Under the pieces are notes generated by a model. That model had not been told where the DNA came from and made no database searches. It was given only the letters and a program-made list of their open reading frames with translations. The translations under genes were made by a program, and so were the position numbers. A stretch of DNA of 64,000 bases from Candidatus Aminicenantes bacterium UBA1061 (GTDB lineage Bacteria > Acidobacteriota > Aminicenantia > Aminicenantales > Saccharicenantaceae), in NCBI GenBank assembly GCA_002316315.1, contig DCDG01000022.1, forward strand, positions 51 to 64,050, read 5' to 3'. Below, piece by piece: positions 9,460 through 19,911 of the stretch. Position 1 is the stretch's first letter. Each line of letters begins with the position of its first letter.

Positions 9460-10465
9460 CGCCTTCCTTCCTTTTCAAAGCGTTGCCGATCATCAGCTTC
9501 CAGAAATCAGCATAATCTATCCCTGCCGCTCTGAGGGCTCGGGCATAACCAGCATCAAGGCTGGTATCCGGGTTAGGATTCACTTCGAGAATAAATAATT
9601 CACCGCTGTCATTCATCCTTATATCTATGCGGGCATAGTCACGGCAGCCCATGACCTTGAAAGCATTGACAGCTATGGTCTGTAACCTGGCTTCAAGCTC
9701 CGAGTCGATCTTCGCCGGGCAAATCGGACAGGTCGTCTGGTACAATAAGTGATCTGGATACCATTTGGCTTCATAACTGCAGATATGGGGATAACCTTTA
9801 GGCATAGTGGAAAAATCTATCTCGGAAACAGGCAGGGCTTTGGGCTCGCCATCATCAAGAATAGCCACATTAAACTCCCGCCCATCAATAAATTCCTCAA
9901 CGATGGCCGGCTGCTCATAAGTTGCAATAACTCTTTTGATTTGCTCGGCCAGAGACCACCGGTCATAAACGACAGATTCCGGGTGAACCCCCAGGCTGGC
10001 ATCCTCGGAGTTGGGTTTAATAATCATCGGGAAACGCAGCTCGACAATTTCATCGGCAGAAGTAATCAGCTGACTGGGAGCAACCGGCAGGTTAAAAGAA
10101 CTCAGAATGGCCTTGGCCTGATGCTTATCCTGACAGAGGGCCAGGGTTCTGGCTCCATTACCGGTAAAGGCAATATGAAGAACTTCCATGACCGCCGCCA
10201 CATTTGATTCCCAGTGGGGATTCCCGAAAAAGCCTTCGCATAGATTAACAATGACCTGAACATTGAGTTCCTTAATCCGCCGCAGAAAATTAAACATACT
10301 GCGTTGAAGCGGGATCAGAATGGCTTCAATCCCGGACTGATTAAGGATCTGGCAGACGATCTCGGCTACCTTGGCCACAGAGTCCTCAGAAACTTTTTCG
10401 CGCCGGTAAATAAATGGCTCGTGGGTGTTAAAAGCCACGCCGACTTTCAGGCTATCCGCGGCCAT
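9434..10465 (-). CDS. D-alanine--D-alanine ligase-family ATP-grasp enzyme (paralog 2)
   Basis: Start moved to ATG 10465 (MAADSLKVGVAFN), a 14-nt overlap with the upstream gene. ATP-grasp core: FPMIIKPNSEDASLGV, EEFIDGREFNVAIL, RDYARIDIRMNDSGELFILEVNPNP. Confidence 0.8.
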   Translation of the reverse strand: MAADSLKVGVAFNTHEPFIYRREKVSEDSVAKVAEIVCQILNQSGIEAILIPLQRSMFNFLRRIKELNVQVIVNLCEGFFGNPHWESNVAAVMEVLHIAFTGNGARTLALCQDKHQAKAILSSFNLPVAPSQLITSADEIVELRFPMIIKPNSEDASLGVHPESVVYDRWSLAEQIKRVIATYEQPAIVEEFIDGREFNVAILDDGEPKALPVSEIDFSTMPKGYPHICSYEAKWYPDHLLYQTTCPICPAKIDSELEARLQTIAVNAFKVMGCRDYARIDIRMNDSGELFILEVNPNPDTSLDAGYARALRAAGIDYADFWKLMIGNALKRKEGDVTTNDRR

Positions 10466-11573
10466 GGTCACCCTCGTTGCCCGTTGAGAAGACATTAGCT
10501 TCAGTGGTAGCTGACTTCTGGAGCAGACCATAACGCCTGGCAGCCTCGACCACTACCCGGTTGATAAGCTGTTCATAAGTATAACCGGCTGCCCGGGCCG
10601 CTTTCGGCAAGCAGGAATTATCCTCAGGCCGGGGCAGAACACCGGGCAGAGGATTTATCTCAATGATATTTGGCTCACCCCGGTCATCAAGCCGGACGTC
10701 TATTCTCGCCCAGTCCCTTATCCGGAAGAGCCGACAGGTTTTGACAATAATCTGTTCTATCTTCCGCTGCAGGCTGGAAGTTATTTCTGCCGGACAGCGG
10801 AAAATATCCAGCGGTTTATCAGGTGTATCCCAGAGCCATTTAGCTTCGTAGGAGTAAATTGGCCTGGCACCGGCCGGGAGCTGACTATGGTCAATTTCAA
10901 CGATGGGTAAAACCTCGAGCTCGGGATAATTGCCCAGAACTCCAACCGTGAATTCTCGTCCGTCCAGGAACTTCTCGACAATGGCTGGCTGCTCGTAGAG
11001 GTTTTTTATCTCGCCAACTTTTTTCTTTAACTCTTTGCGGTTAAAAACCACCGAATCATTTTTTATACCCTTGCTCGACCCTTCATACAAAGGCTTAACA
11101 ATGCAGGGATAAGTAATAGCTGCCGGCAGATCATTTTCATCGTCCACAACCCGGAAGGGTGGAGTTGGAATTCGATGATAGGCCAGGATTTCTTTCGCTC
11201 TTGCTTTGTCGAGACACAGACCCAGTGTCAGAGGATCAGAGCCGGTGTAAGGAATATTTAAAATCTCGCAGATAGTTGGAATATGCGATTCGCGATTCGG
11301 GCCGAATAGCCTTTCGGCCATATTAAAAACGAGATCCGGTTTTTCTTTGAGGAGTCTGATATAGGCTAACTCATCAGCTTCAATCGGGATTACCCGGTGA
11401 TATCTTTCGAGCGCTTGCTGAACGGCTTTGATCGTTTCATCGCTGTCACATTCAGCAAGCAAATCAGGTGGAGGCTCTTCGCTCTCATCCATTTTGTCAT
11501 CATAAAGATAGGCCCCTAGTGCTCGGGCCATGCCCTGTTTCGAACTGAAGAGCAATGCAAGTTTCATTTTCAT
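10452..11573 (-). CDS. D-alanine--D-alanine ligase-family ATP-grasp enzyme (paralog 1)
   Basis: Likely start MKMKLALLF (11573) or MKLALLF (11567). ATP-grasp core: YPCIVKPLYEGSSKGI, EKFLDGREFTVGVLG, RDWARIDVRLDDRGEPNIIEINPLPG. Confidence 0.8.
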   Translation of the reverse strand: MKMKLALLFSSKQGMARALGAYLYDDKMDESEEPPPDLLAECDSDETIKAVQQALERYHRVIPIEADELAYIRLLKEKPDLVFNMAERLFGPNRESHIPTICEILNIPYTGSDPLTLGLCLDKARAKEILAYHRIPTPPFRVVDDENDLPAAITYPCIVKPLYEGSSKGIKNDSVVFNRKELKKKVGEIKNLYEQPAIVEKFLDGREFTVGVLGNYPELEVLPIVEIDHSQLPAGARPIYSYEAKWLWDTPDKPLDIFRCPAEITSSLQRKIEQIIVKTCRLFRIRDWARIDVRLDDRGEPNIIEINPLPGVLPRPEDNSCLPKAARAAGYTYEQLINRVVVEAARRYGLLQKSATTEANVFSTGNEGDHGRG

Positions 11574-11686
11574 TTGTATATATACAACAATTTTTAGTGA
11601 TGTCAATAGTTTTTTTCATATTTTTATACTTTTATATACTTTTATTTGTATTTTTTTTATAAAAAGGCACTATAAGTGGTGTCGAA

Positions 11687-12298
11687 TTAGTGCTGTCGAA
11701 CGATTTCCTTAACCCTCATCAGCTGAACCTGATAGGAACGTTCCATTTCTTCCAGCCTGGAAGAAATAGCATGGATCGTCTCTTTAAGATTCGGAATCAA
11801 AATATATTCAAGAGCGTTGACCCTTCTTCTGGTCACTTCTATTTCTGTCGTCAGCAGCTCCAGTTTTTTCCAGAGGCTGGCGTATTCTAAAAGTGTTGGC
11901 CAGAGCTGTTTAAAATGCTTCAGGGCTACTTCCAGCTCAGCTTCTGTCCGGATAAAATCGCAGTCACCCGGCTTAAATTGCCCGGTTTCAAATTCGGGCA
12001 CAGTCAGGTTGAGCAGTCGTCCGGTTTTAACCTCAAGCTGAAGCTCACCGTCTTTGATGAGGGCTGGCAATTCAGATTGAGCCTGCGTTACCCGCACCAT
12101 GGCCATTGACCTGGTGATGATTCTGAATTCCTCATCCACTTCTTCTTTTATCCGGTTAAACTGCCTGGCCGCCTCCAGAAAATTACGCATGAGTTCTTCA
12201 AGTTTATCCTTGAGAAGTTTATGTCCTCTTTCGGCCAGAGTCAGGCGGCGTCTGAGCCTCATGAGCTCCATCCGGTTAGGATTAACTTTAAGCTTCAT
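11687..12298 (-). CDS. atpD: V/A-type ATP synthase subunit D
   Basis: The MKLKVNPNRMELMRLRRRLTLAERGHKLLKDK N-terminus is typical of subunit D. Last gene of the operon. Confidence 0.9.
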   Translation of the reverse strand: MKLKVNPNRMELMRLRRRLTLAERGHKLLKDKLEELMRNFLEAARQFNRIKEEVDEEFRIITRSMAMVRVTQAQSELPALIKDGELQLEVKTGRLLNLTVPEFETGQFKPGDCDFIRTEAELEVALKHFKQLWPTLLEYASLWKKLELLTTEIEVTRRRVNALEYILIPNLKETIHAISSRLEEMERSYQVQLMRVKEIVRQH

Positions 12299-12324
12299 TT
12301 AAAACTCCAGCTTGATGGCTCGTC

Positions 12325-13695
12325 TCATTCACGGTAATATTTCTCAAGATACTCGGTTCTGATTCTCTTCAGCTCTTTTTCCGGCAGGAGGCGAAGCAAC
12401 TTCCAGCCAATATCAATGGTGTCAGTAATTCCTCTGGCTTCCAGTTCCCCCTGGCGGACAAACTCGTTTTCAAAGCGGTCAGCAAATTTTAGGTAGAGCT
12501 GATCAAGATCACTCAGAGCAGCCTCACCCAGAATAAGAGCCAGCTCACGGGCTTCTTTTCCCCGGGCATAGCAGGCAAAGAGCTGGTTCAAAACGTCAGC
12601 ATGATCTTCTCTCGTTTTATCCGGGCCAATGCCTTTATCTTTAAGCCTGGAAAGCGAGGGCAAAACATCAATCGGGGGATAAACACCACTGCGGTGAAGC
12701 TCTCGGCTCAGAATAATCTGACCTTCGGTAATGTAGCCGGTGAGGTCAGGGATCGGGTGAGTTTTGTCATCATCGGGCATGGTCAGGATGGGAATCATGG
12801 TAATTGAGCCTTTTTTCCCTTTGATGCGGCCGGCTCGTTCATACATGGTGGCCAGGTCAGTATAAAGATAACCGGGATAACCACGGCGGCCTGGAATTTC
12901 TTTCCGGGCAGCTGCGATTTCTCGCAGGGCTTCAGCATAAAAGGTCATATCAACCAGAATAACCAGGACGTGCATATCAAGATCAAAGGCCAGGTATTCA
13001 GCGCAGGTCAGAGCCAAACGTGGCGTGGCATTTCTTTCAATGGCCGGTTCGTTAGCCAGATTGAGAAAGAGGACGGCTCTCTCCAGAGCTCCCGTGCGCC
13101 GGAAATCCTCAATAAAGAAATTAGCCTCTTCAAAAGTGATGCCCATGGCGGCAAAGACCACAGCAAATTTTTCTTCCCGGCCAAGAACCTTAGCCTGCCT
13201 GGCAATCTGAGCCGCAATCTGGGAATGAGGCAAGCCGCTACCTGAAAAGATAGGCAGCTTCTGGCCACGAACCAGAGGATTCATGCCATCAATAGCTGAA
13301 ATACCGGTCTGAATAAACTCAGAGGGATAATCGCGGGCTTCGGGATTGATCGGACTGCCATTGATGTCCAGCATCTTATGGGCAATAATCCTCGGACCGC
13401 CATCACGCGGCTCACCGGAACCATCAAAGACCCGACCGATGATTTCTTCCGAAACAGGCAGCTGCTGCGAGCGGCCGAGAAACCTGACCCGCGAGCGGTT
13501 GACATCGAGGCCAACCGTTCCCTCAAAAACCTGAACAACAGCTTGATTGGTCGAAACATCGAGGACTGTCCCCCGCCGGCGGTGGCCAGTGGCATCTTCA
13601 ATCTCGACCAATTCATTGTATTTAACGTCGGAAATTTTTTCGACAATAATCAGCGGGCCAACAATATTGGAAACTGTTAAATATTCTTTCGCCAT
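12325..13695 (-). CDS. atpB: V/A-type ATP synthase subunit B
   Basis: 456 aa. [25 protein letters not shown] and [22 protein letters not shown]. Confidence 0.95.
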   Translation of the reverse strand: MAKEYLTVSNIVGPLIIVEKISDVKYNELVEIEDATGHRRRGTVLDVSTNQAVVQVFEGTVGLDVNRSRVRFLGRSQQLPVSEEIIGRVFDGSGEPRDGGPRIIAHKMLDINGSPINPEARDYPSEFIQTGISAIDGMNPLVRGQKLPIFSGSGLPHSQIAAQIARQAKVLGREEKFAVVFAAMGITFEEANFFIEDFRRTGALERAVLFLNLANEPAIERNATPRLALTCAEYLAFDLDMHVLVILVDMTFYAEALREIAAARKEIPGRRGYPGYLYTDLATMYERAGRIKGKKGSITMIPILTMPDDDKTHPIPDLTGYITEGQIILSRELHRSGVYPPIDVLPSLSRLKDKGIGPDKTREDHADVLNQLFACYARGKEARELALILGEAALSDLDQLYLKFADRFENEFVRQGELEARGITDTIDIGWKLLRLLPEKELKRIRTEYLEKYYRE

Positions 13696-13700
13696 AATTT

Positions 13701-15458
13701 TTAACCTCGACTGGAAAGTTCCTTAAATGAAACATCTATTTTCTTTTCTACCCCCAGCAGAGCTTGCTCATCGTGAGGGAAATATTTCATTCTGGCCAGC
13801 TGCTCACGGACTTCAAGTGAGATAATCTCCTTGAAGTCGCAGCCTTCCTCCAGGGCCTGATTGGCTTTCTGATGAAAATAAAGAATGTTACGCAGCATCA
13901 GATATTGCTGGCACATGGGGGTGTAAGTGTCCTGGGGATGATAAGCATTCTGGTGGAGGAAATCCTCGCGGATGGAGCGGGCCGTTTCCAGAACCAGCCT
14001 GTCTTTAAAAGACAGTGATTCCACCCCGATTAAGCGGGCTATTTCCTGAAGTTCAGACTCCATTTCGAGGATTTTTAAAGCTTCCTGGCTGAGATCGGTA
14101 AAATCTTCAGCTACCTTTTCAGCCATATATTTTTTGAGCGAATCTCTGTATAGCGAATAACTCTGCAGCCAGTTGATGGCTGGGAAATGACGCATATTCG
14201 CCAGCTGATCATCAAGAGCCCAGAAAACTTTAACCACCTTGAGTGTGGCCTGAACGACAGGGTCAGACAGGTCACCACCAGGCGGGCTAACGGCGCCAAT
14301 AACACTCAGCGCTCCTTCCCGGTGCTCTGAACCGAGGCAAACCACCTTGCCGGCGCGTTCATAGAACTCAGCCAGGCGGCTGGCTAAATAGGCTGGATAG
14401 CCTTCATCACCTGGCATTTCTTCCATTCGACCGCCAATTTCGCGCAGAGCTTCAGCCCAGCGCGAGGAAGAATCAGCCATCAGTGCTACCGAGTAGCCCA
14501 TATCCCGGAAATACTCGGCGATGGTTATGCCGGTATAAATCGAAGCTTCACGGGCAGCCACCGGCATATTGGAAGTATTGGCAATAATGATTGTTCTTTC
14601 CATTAATGGCCGGCCGGTAGATGGATCTTTCAGTTCCGGGAAGCTCAGCAACAGGTCAGCCACTTCATTGCCGCGCTCGCCGCAGGCCACATAGACAATA
14701 ATCTGAGCATCTGACCATTTGGCTAACTGATGCTGTACAACCGTTTTGCCACTGCCAAAAGGACCCGGGACACAGGCCGTGCCGCCCTTGGCCAGGGGGA
14801 AAAGTGTATCGAGAATTCTCTGACCGGTAACCAGCGGTTCATCAGGCATCATTCTTTCTTTAACCCGGCGCTGCCTTCTGACCGGCCAGACCTGAAACAG
14901 CTTGATTCCAACTTCAGAGCCAGCCTGCGTTTTTACCCGGCAGACCGTTTCTTCAACAGTAAATTCCCCGCTCTTAATATCAATAATTTCACCTTCCGCC
15001 CCAGCCGGAACGAGAATGCGGTGCTGGATAAGCGGGGTTTCCTGCACATAGCCAATGATATCACCCGTGACCAGCCTGTCTCCTTTTTTCTTTTCAGGAG
15101 TAAAAGCCCATTTTCTGTCACGTCTTAAAGCCGGCATTTCAATCCCGCGTGAAACAAAGTCACCGTGTTCGCGGCGAATAACATCCAGCGGTCTTTGAAT
15201 ACCATCATAAATAGAGCCGAGCAAGCCTGGCCCAAGCTCAACCGATAATGGCTGTTCGGTTAAAGTTACGGGCTCGCCAGGGCCAACGCCGGTCGTATCC
15301 TCATAAACCTGGATATAGGCGAGGTCATTATTTAACTCAATTATTTCACCGACCAGCCCCAGCTGGCCGACTTTGACCATATCATACATTTTGGCCCCGA
15401 GACAGTCTGAAGCCACCACCAGAGGGCCAGCTACCCTGATTATCTTTCCCTGTTTCAT
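13701..15458 (-). CDS. atpA: V/A-type ATP synthase catalytic subunit A
   Basis: Walker [10 protein letters not shown], and [21 protein letters not shown]. Start set at [15 protein letters not shown] (ATG 15458, 1 nt after the subunit F stop). The track ORF extends to 15485. Confidence 0.95.
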   Translation of the reverse strand: MKQGKIIRVAGPLVVASDCLGAKMYDMVKVGQLGLVGEIIELNNDLAYIQVYEDTTGVGPGEPVTLTEQPLSVELGPGLLGSIYDGIQRPLDVIRREHGDFVSRGIEMPALRRDRKWAFTPEKKKGDRLVTGDIIGYVQETPLIQHRILVPAGAEGEIIDIKSGEFTVEETVCRVKTQAGSEVGIKLFQVWPVRRQRRVKERMMPDEPLVTGQRILDTLFPLAKGGTACVPGPFGSGKTVVQHQLAKWSDAQIIVYVACGERGNEVADLLLSFPELKDPSTGRPLMERTIIIANTSNMPVAAREASIYTGITIAEYFRDMGYSVALMADSSSRWAEALREIGGRMEEMPGDEGYPAYLASRLAEFYERAGKVVCLGSEHREGALSVIGAVSPPGGDLSDPVVQATLKVVKVFWALDDQLANMRHFPAINWLQSYSLYRDSLKKYMAEKVAEDFTDLSQEALKILEMESELQEIARLIGVESLSFKDRLVLETARSIREDFLHQNAYHPQDTYTPMCQQYLMLRNILYFHQKANQALEEGCDFKEIISLEVREQLARMKYFPHDEQALLGVEKKIDVSFKELSSRG

Positions 15459-15459
15459 G

Positions 15460-15792
15460 TTAAGTCCTTTCTCTGAATAGTGCATCTGAACCGGTCGCCC
15501 GAATCGAAAGTTCTCTCATGGCTCTGGCCACAGATTCGGAAGCTCCCCGATAATCAGAAAAGCCCAGACAAACCGGCAGAAATTTGTGGCTTAGGGCTGA
15601 AATTTCCGCTTTTAATGGTTCCAGCCACTTTTCCTGGATGAGGCAGAGACTGTACTTTTCTTGAACCACCTGCTCAAGCATTGTTCTGGCTTCTTCCAGA
15701 TTGGCCGGTGAATAGACCGCCAGGCCAAAAAGACGGAAGAGCTGACAGAACTCGGCCTCTCCGATAATGGCAATTCTTGCTGGTTCAGACAT
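15460..15792 (-). CDS. atpF: V/A-type ATP synthase subunit F
   Basis: 110 aa. IAIIGEAEFCQLFRLFGL is a typical subunit F start. Position between C and A fits. Confidence 0.85.
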   Translation of the reverse strand: MSEPARIAIIGEAEFCQLFRLFGLAVYSPANLEEARTMLEQVVQEKYSLCLIQEKWLEPLKAEISALSHKFLPVCLGFSDYRGASESVARAMRELSIRATGSDALFRERT

Positions 15793-16573
15793 ATGTCTGG
15801 CTTATCCTTTCTTTTAATAAAAAAGCAGGAATATTCAACATCTGGCCAAGGATGACCAACCGGATAAGTTTAAGTTCTTGCCTCCGGGCTAAGCCATAAG
15901 CAAAAAGTGGCTCGGGTCCGAAAGTGACTTTTTTAGCCGACCGGAGATAATCCATGACGAGATTTTCCATCTCCCGCTCAAAAACGACAAAGCTATCCTG
16001 AGCCTGCAAAAAGTTAAGTCCTTCGCGCCAGAGTTGTTCATAGGAAGTCGTCTTTAAAAACTGGGCAAAATCTTCCAGATTGGAATTGTAATTGTCGATA
16101 AAAGTTTTCTTCTCGAGCCGCCCGCCTGTTACATAACGCTCTTCAAACTGACTGACGGGATGTCCGGCATAGCGGCTGCGCAGAAAACTTTTAAGGTTGG
16201 CCAGGTCAATTTTCAGCCGGAAAAAATCAAGAAAAAACTGCTCGTTAAGAAGATAAAGAGACCCGGCCGCTTTAACTATCTCATCTGCCTCCCGGTAAAA
16301 GCCATAAAGGTTTTTATCCAGGAAAAGCTCCTCCAGAGTGGTATCGAGGGCAGTACGTTCCGTCTCGAGGAAAGCCTCCAACTGGACAGGAGTAGTTACC
16401 TCTCTCAGCCTGTCAGTTGATTTTCCGGCCTCGGAAATTAACTCTACCGCCCGGCTAAAACCAGGAGCTTCGGCCGCTTCTCTAAAGATGCGGGTAGGGA
16501 CGAGGTAGTTTTCGAGGGCCTTAATTCGCCCGACGGCGAAAGCATAATCCAAAGGAGAAAACTTAGCAGTCAT
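15785..16573 (-). CDS. atpC: V/A-type ATP synthase subunit C (V0 d-like), short form
   Basis: 262 aa, helical. YAFAVGRIKALENYL motif. Operon position between E and F. Shorter than the roughly 320-350 aa I expect for this subunit. Confidence 0.75.
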   Translation of the reverse strand: MTAKFSPLDYAFAVGRIKALENYLVPTRIFREAAEAPGFSRAVELISEAGKSTDRLREVTTPVQLEAFLETERTALDTTLEELFLDKNLYGFYREADEIVKAAGSLYLLNEQFFLDFFRLKIDLANLKSFLRSRYAGHPVSQFEERYVTGGRLEKKTFIDNYNSNLEDFAQFLKTTSYEQLWREGLNFLQAQDSFVVFEREMENLVMDYLRSAKKVTFGPEPLFAYGLARRQELKLIRLVILGQMLNIPAFLLKERISQTYV

Positions 16574-16574
16574 G

Positions 16575-16991
16575 TCAGATCTTAAGCCAGGCCAGAATAT
16601 CGTTTTCGACTTCGGGCCCTAATTCGGCTAAAAGCCGGTCGGTCTCGAGTGTTTCCTCCAGTATTCCTTCCCTGGAGACAACCTCTTTTTTAAGCCTCAG
16701 TTTCTTTAACTCTTCATTCTTCAGGGCTTCTTCGATTACCCGGGAAATCAACTCTCTTCTGGTTTTAAGGAGTTCCATTCTTCTCTGCAATTGGGCCTGG
16801 GTTAGAATCCGACTGGCCTCCAGGCTGGCTTCGGTTTCAGCCTGTTTGATGATTGACTCAGCCTGAGCCCGGGCTTTTTCTTCAGCTTCTCTTTTCAGGC
16901 CGTCAGCTTTTTTTCTGGCTTCAGCCAGAATAGCTTCCACTTCCTGCTCAGCTTCCTGCTCAATTTTTTCCAGTATTTTCTCAAGGCTCAT
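16575..16991 (-). CDS. atpE: V/A-type ATP synthase subunit E (short, 138 aa)
   Basis: Charged coiled-coil N-terminus (LEKILEKIEQEAEQEVEAILAEARKKA). Operon position between K and C. Confidence 0.75.
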   Translation of the reverse strand: MSLEKILEKIEQEAEQEVEAILAEARKKADGLKREAEEKARAQAESIIKQAETEASLEASRILTQAQLQRRMELLKTRRELISRVIEEALKNEELKKLRLKKEVVSREGILEETLETDRLLAELGPEVENDILAWLKI

Positions 16992-17007
16992 TTTTCAACC
17001 TGAAAAA

Positions 17008-17499
<492 letters not shown>

Positions 17500-17514
17500 T
17501 CAGCAATTATTTTA

Positions 17515-19434
17515 TCATCTGATAAATTCAATATATTTATTTTCTAATTTAACCGGCTTAAAAGGTTTACCGCCGGATTCATAAAATCTCCCAAAAAATT
17601 CCACAAATTGCAATCTCATCGAATGGACAAACCCGCCCAGGAGACCTATAGCCAGGTTAAAAAGATGGCCCCCGGCAAAAATTAGAATGCCGATGATCCA
17701 ACCAACAAAAGGAAAGCTCCAGGCAATCTGAACCAGAGAATTGACTACCATGGCAATGACACCGGTGGAGAGGCCGAGAGCAAGAATGCGGGAATAAGAC
17801 AGGGTATCAGAAAAGTAGCTGGTTATACCATAGAGAGCATAAAGGCCGTTAAAGAAGCGGGCCAGAATATTTCTCGAAGGCGAGCTGAAAAAGACAATAC
17901 CGGCAGCCCCGATAAGAGCCAGGATACCTAAAACTGGCGGTTGTTTAAGAAGGAAATAGAACAGAAGAGAAGGCAGAAGCAGTAACCAGCCTCCTTTGAC
18001 GGCAATGGCCGTTACTTTATTCCCTTCTCTGAAATCTTTAACCAGGCTGAGAAAAGTCGACAGCATAACCTGAATAAAGCCCAGCGCCAGAGATAGAATC
18101 AAATAAGGAATTGGATTTTCAATGGGATCGATCAAAACCAGAGGCTTAATCGGAAAACCAAACCAGCCGCCAAAAAGTGTACCGAAAATCATATTGGATA
18201 TACCCAAATAGAAAAACAGGGTCATAAAGAGCCTGGTTCCACCCTTTGGTTCAGCCTTTTTTAAATAGAGCAGGCTGAGGAGCGACATAACCAGGCCATA
18301 GCCGGCTTCGCTGATACACATGCCAACAAACACGAAGAAAAATGGCGCCAGGAAAATGGTCGGATCTATACCGCCCGGGAGGGGCAGGCCATATAAGCTG
18401 GTAACAACTTCAAATGGTTTAATCAACTGAGGATTATCAAGAATAACCGGAACTTCATCTCGCTCTTCCGGTTTTGGGTCCCTTAAATTTAAATAAATAG
18501 TTGGTGAAAACTGATTGACTTTTCGAACCAAATAATCTGTCTGAGCAGCCGGTACCCACCCTGCCAGCCAGGCGGTTTTTTCAGTCAGCCCGGCCAGGCT
18601 GGTCCCGACCAGCTTTTGTTTTTCATTTAGAAGCACATCATAAACAGCCATAAGGGAAGGGCGGTGAACAGCAAAACCAGACATGTCTTTTTCGAGCTTG
18701 CCTATCTCCTCTTTGGCTTGAGATTTCTGCTGTTCCAGTTCAGCTATAAGGTCAGAGACTTTTTCATCTCCCTTTAACTTTAATAAGTAATGGTCAAGAG
18801 AAATAAAAGCAAGTTTATATCCGGAAAAAATAGCTTCGACCTCTTCCCTCAGGCTTTGATGATAAATAATCAGAACATAAGCCAGATTCTTTTCAGTCGA
18901 AATAATGGAGATAGAAGCAGGCTGGTCAGCCAGGTTCTCCTTTAAACTTTCAATATCCTCTGTTTTAACTTCAGCTATTTTTACCAGGCAGCGGTTAAGG
19001 CCAGTCAGACTTCTAAGAGGCACATTAAGAGCCGTGAGGGGTATTAAAAATTCTTTTTCTCTTTCCATCTGTTTGATATGCTGTACGAGCTGAGCTCGCC
19101 TGGCTTCCAGTTCCTCATAATCTTCAACCACTTTCTGGTAGCCATAATCCAGAAGAACTTTTCTCAGACTGGCTGAATATTTTGCCTTCGGGGTTAAAAG
19201 CTTTTCCAGGCCTTTTTTGGGCTCCAGTTCAGGCAGGTTTTGAATCACATGATTGATTCTGGTCAGCCAGCGTTCGTAATCTGCCACCTCCGCAGGAGAA
19301 GAAGAAAGCTCCAGTTCCTCATAGGGGAGAGGGTCAAGCTGAGCCACCCCCAGCTCCTGGAGGTAAGAGACGAAGCCCTCCAGTTCATCTTTGGGCAGGA
19401 GGACTTCCATTCGCTTGACCGGGGCAATAGCCAT
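17515..19434 (-). CDS. atpI: V/A-type ATP synthase subunit I (a-subunit)
   Basis: 639 aa. Soluble coiled-coil N-terminal half plus a polytopic C-terminal half containing the conserved Arg region (SYSRILALGLS). Confidence 0.9.
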   Translation of the reverse strand: MAIAPVKRMEVLLPKDELEGFVSYLQELGVAQLDPLPYEELELSSSPAEVADYERWLTRINHVIQNLPELEPKKGLEKLLTPKAKYSASLRKVLLDYGYQKVVEDYEELEARRAQLVQHIKQMEREKEFLIPLTALNVPLRSLTGLNRCLVKIAEVKTEDIESLKENLADQPASISIISTEKNLAYVLIIYHQSLREEVEAIFSGYKLAFISLDHYLLKLKGDEKVSDLIAELEQQKSQAKEEIGKLEKDMSGFAVHRPSLMAVYDVLLNEKQKLVGTSLAGLTEKTAWLAGWVPAAQTDYLVRKVNQFSPTIYLNLRDPKPEERDEVPVILDNPQLIKPFEVVTSLYGLPLPGGIDPTIFLAPFFFVFVGMCISEAGYGLVMSLLSLLYLKKAEPKGGTRLFMTLFFYLGISNMIFGTLFGGWFGFPIKPLVLIDPIENPIPYLILSLALGFIQVMLSTFLSLVKDFREGNKVTAIAVKGGWLLLLPSLLFYFLLKQPPVLGILALIGAAGIVFFSSPSRNILARFFNGLYALYGITSYFSDTLSYSRILALGLSTGVIAMVVNSLVQIAWSFPFVGWIIGILIFAGGHLFNLAIGLLGGFVHSMRLQFVEFFGRFYESGGKPFKPVKLENKYIEFIR

Positions 19435-19436
19435 GT

Positions 19437-19814
19437 TCAGATCTGCCTTTCTCTTATAATCTGGAGGAGGCGCTGAGTGGTTTTCTCTACCGCCTGCTGA
19501 AAATTGGCCGAGGCTGTTTCCATCATCTGTTTTTTCTCTGCCTCTGTTTTTTCTTTTATGGCCCTGGCCTCATTTTCGGCTTGCTGGCTAGCCTCAGCTT
19601 TAATTCTGGTTGCCTGGCTTCTGGCTTCATTCAAGATCTTTTCCGTCAGCTTCTCGGCTTCTTCCGCCGCCTGGCGGATTAACTCAGCAGAAGTCTTGTG
19701 TTTAGCTTCTTCAACTTTTAACCGGGCCGTGGTTTCAGCTTCCTTGACCTTGAGGAGAACCTCAGGTGTCCGGGCTTCCTCTGGAGACATTCCGTTCTGC
19801 TTCTTTTCTTCCAT
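19437..19814 (-). CDS. atpH: V/A-type ATP synthase peripheral-stalk subunit H/G-like
   Basis: 125 aa. Fully charged coiled coil (AEEAEKLTEKILNEARSQATRIKAEA). First gene of the operon, 2 nt upstream of subunit I. Confidence 0.65.
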   Translation of the reverse strand: MEEKKQNGMSPEEARTPEVLLKVKEAETTARLKVEEAKHKTSAELIRQAAEEAEKLTEKILNEARSQATRIKAEASQQAENEARAIKEKTEAEKKQMMETASANFQQAVEKTTQRLLQIIRERQI

Positions 19815-19911
19815 CTTTTATCCTGAATAAATAAATTTTCTTTCTTTTTTCTAAAAATTCCAGAGAAAAAACCATTTTTTTGGCTGGCCGGGGAAGCCGG
19901 CCAAGCCTCTC

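Noticed and set aside
19882-19907. GC-rich hairpin ggctggccgg-ggaag-ccggccaagcc right after the stop of the hypothetical gene, considered as a terminator.
   Set aside because: The T-run precedes the hairpin on the plus strand, and an A-run follows it on the minus strand. Neither orientation gives hairpin-plus-U-tract, so it is not a canonical intrinsic terminator.
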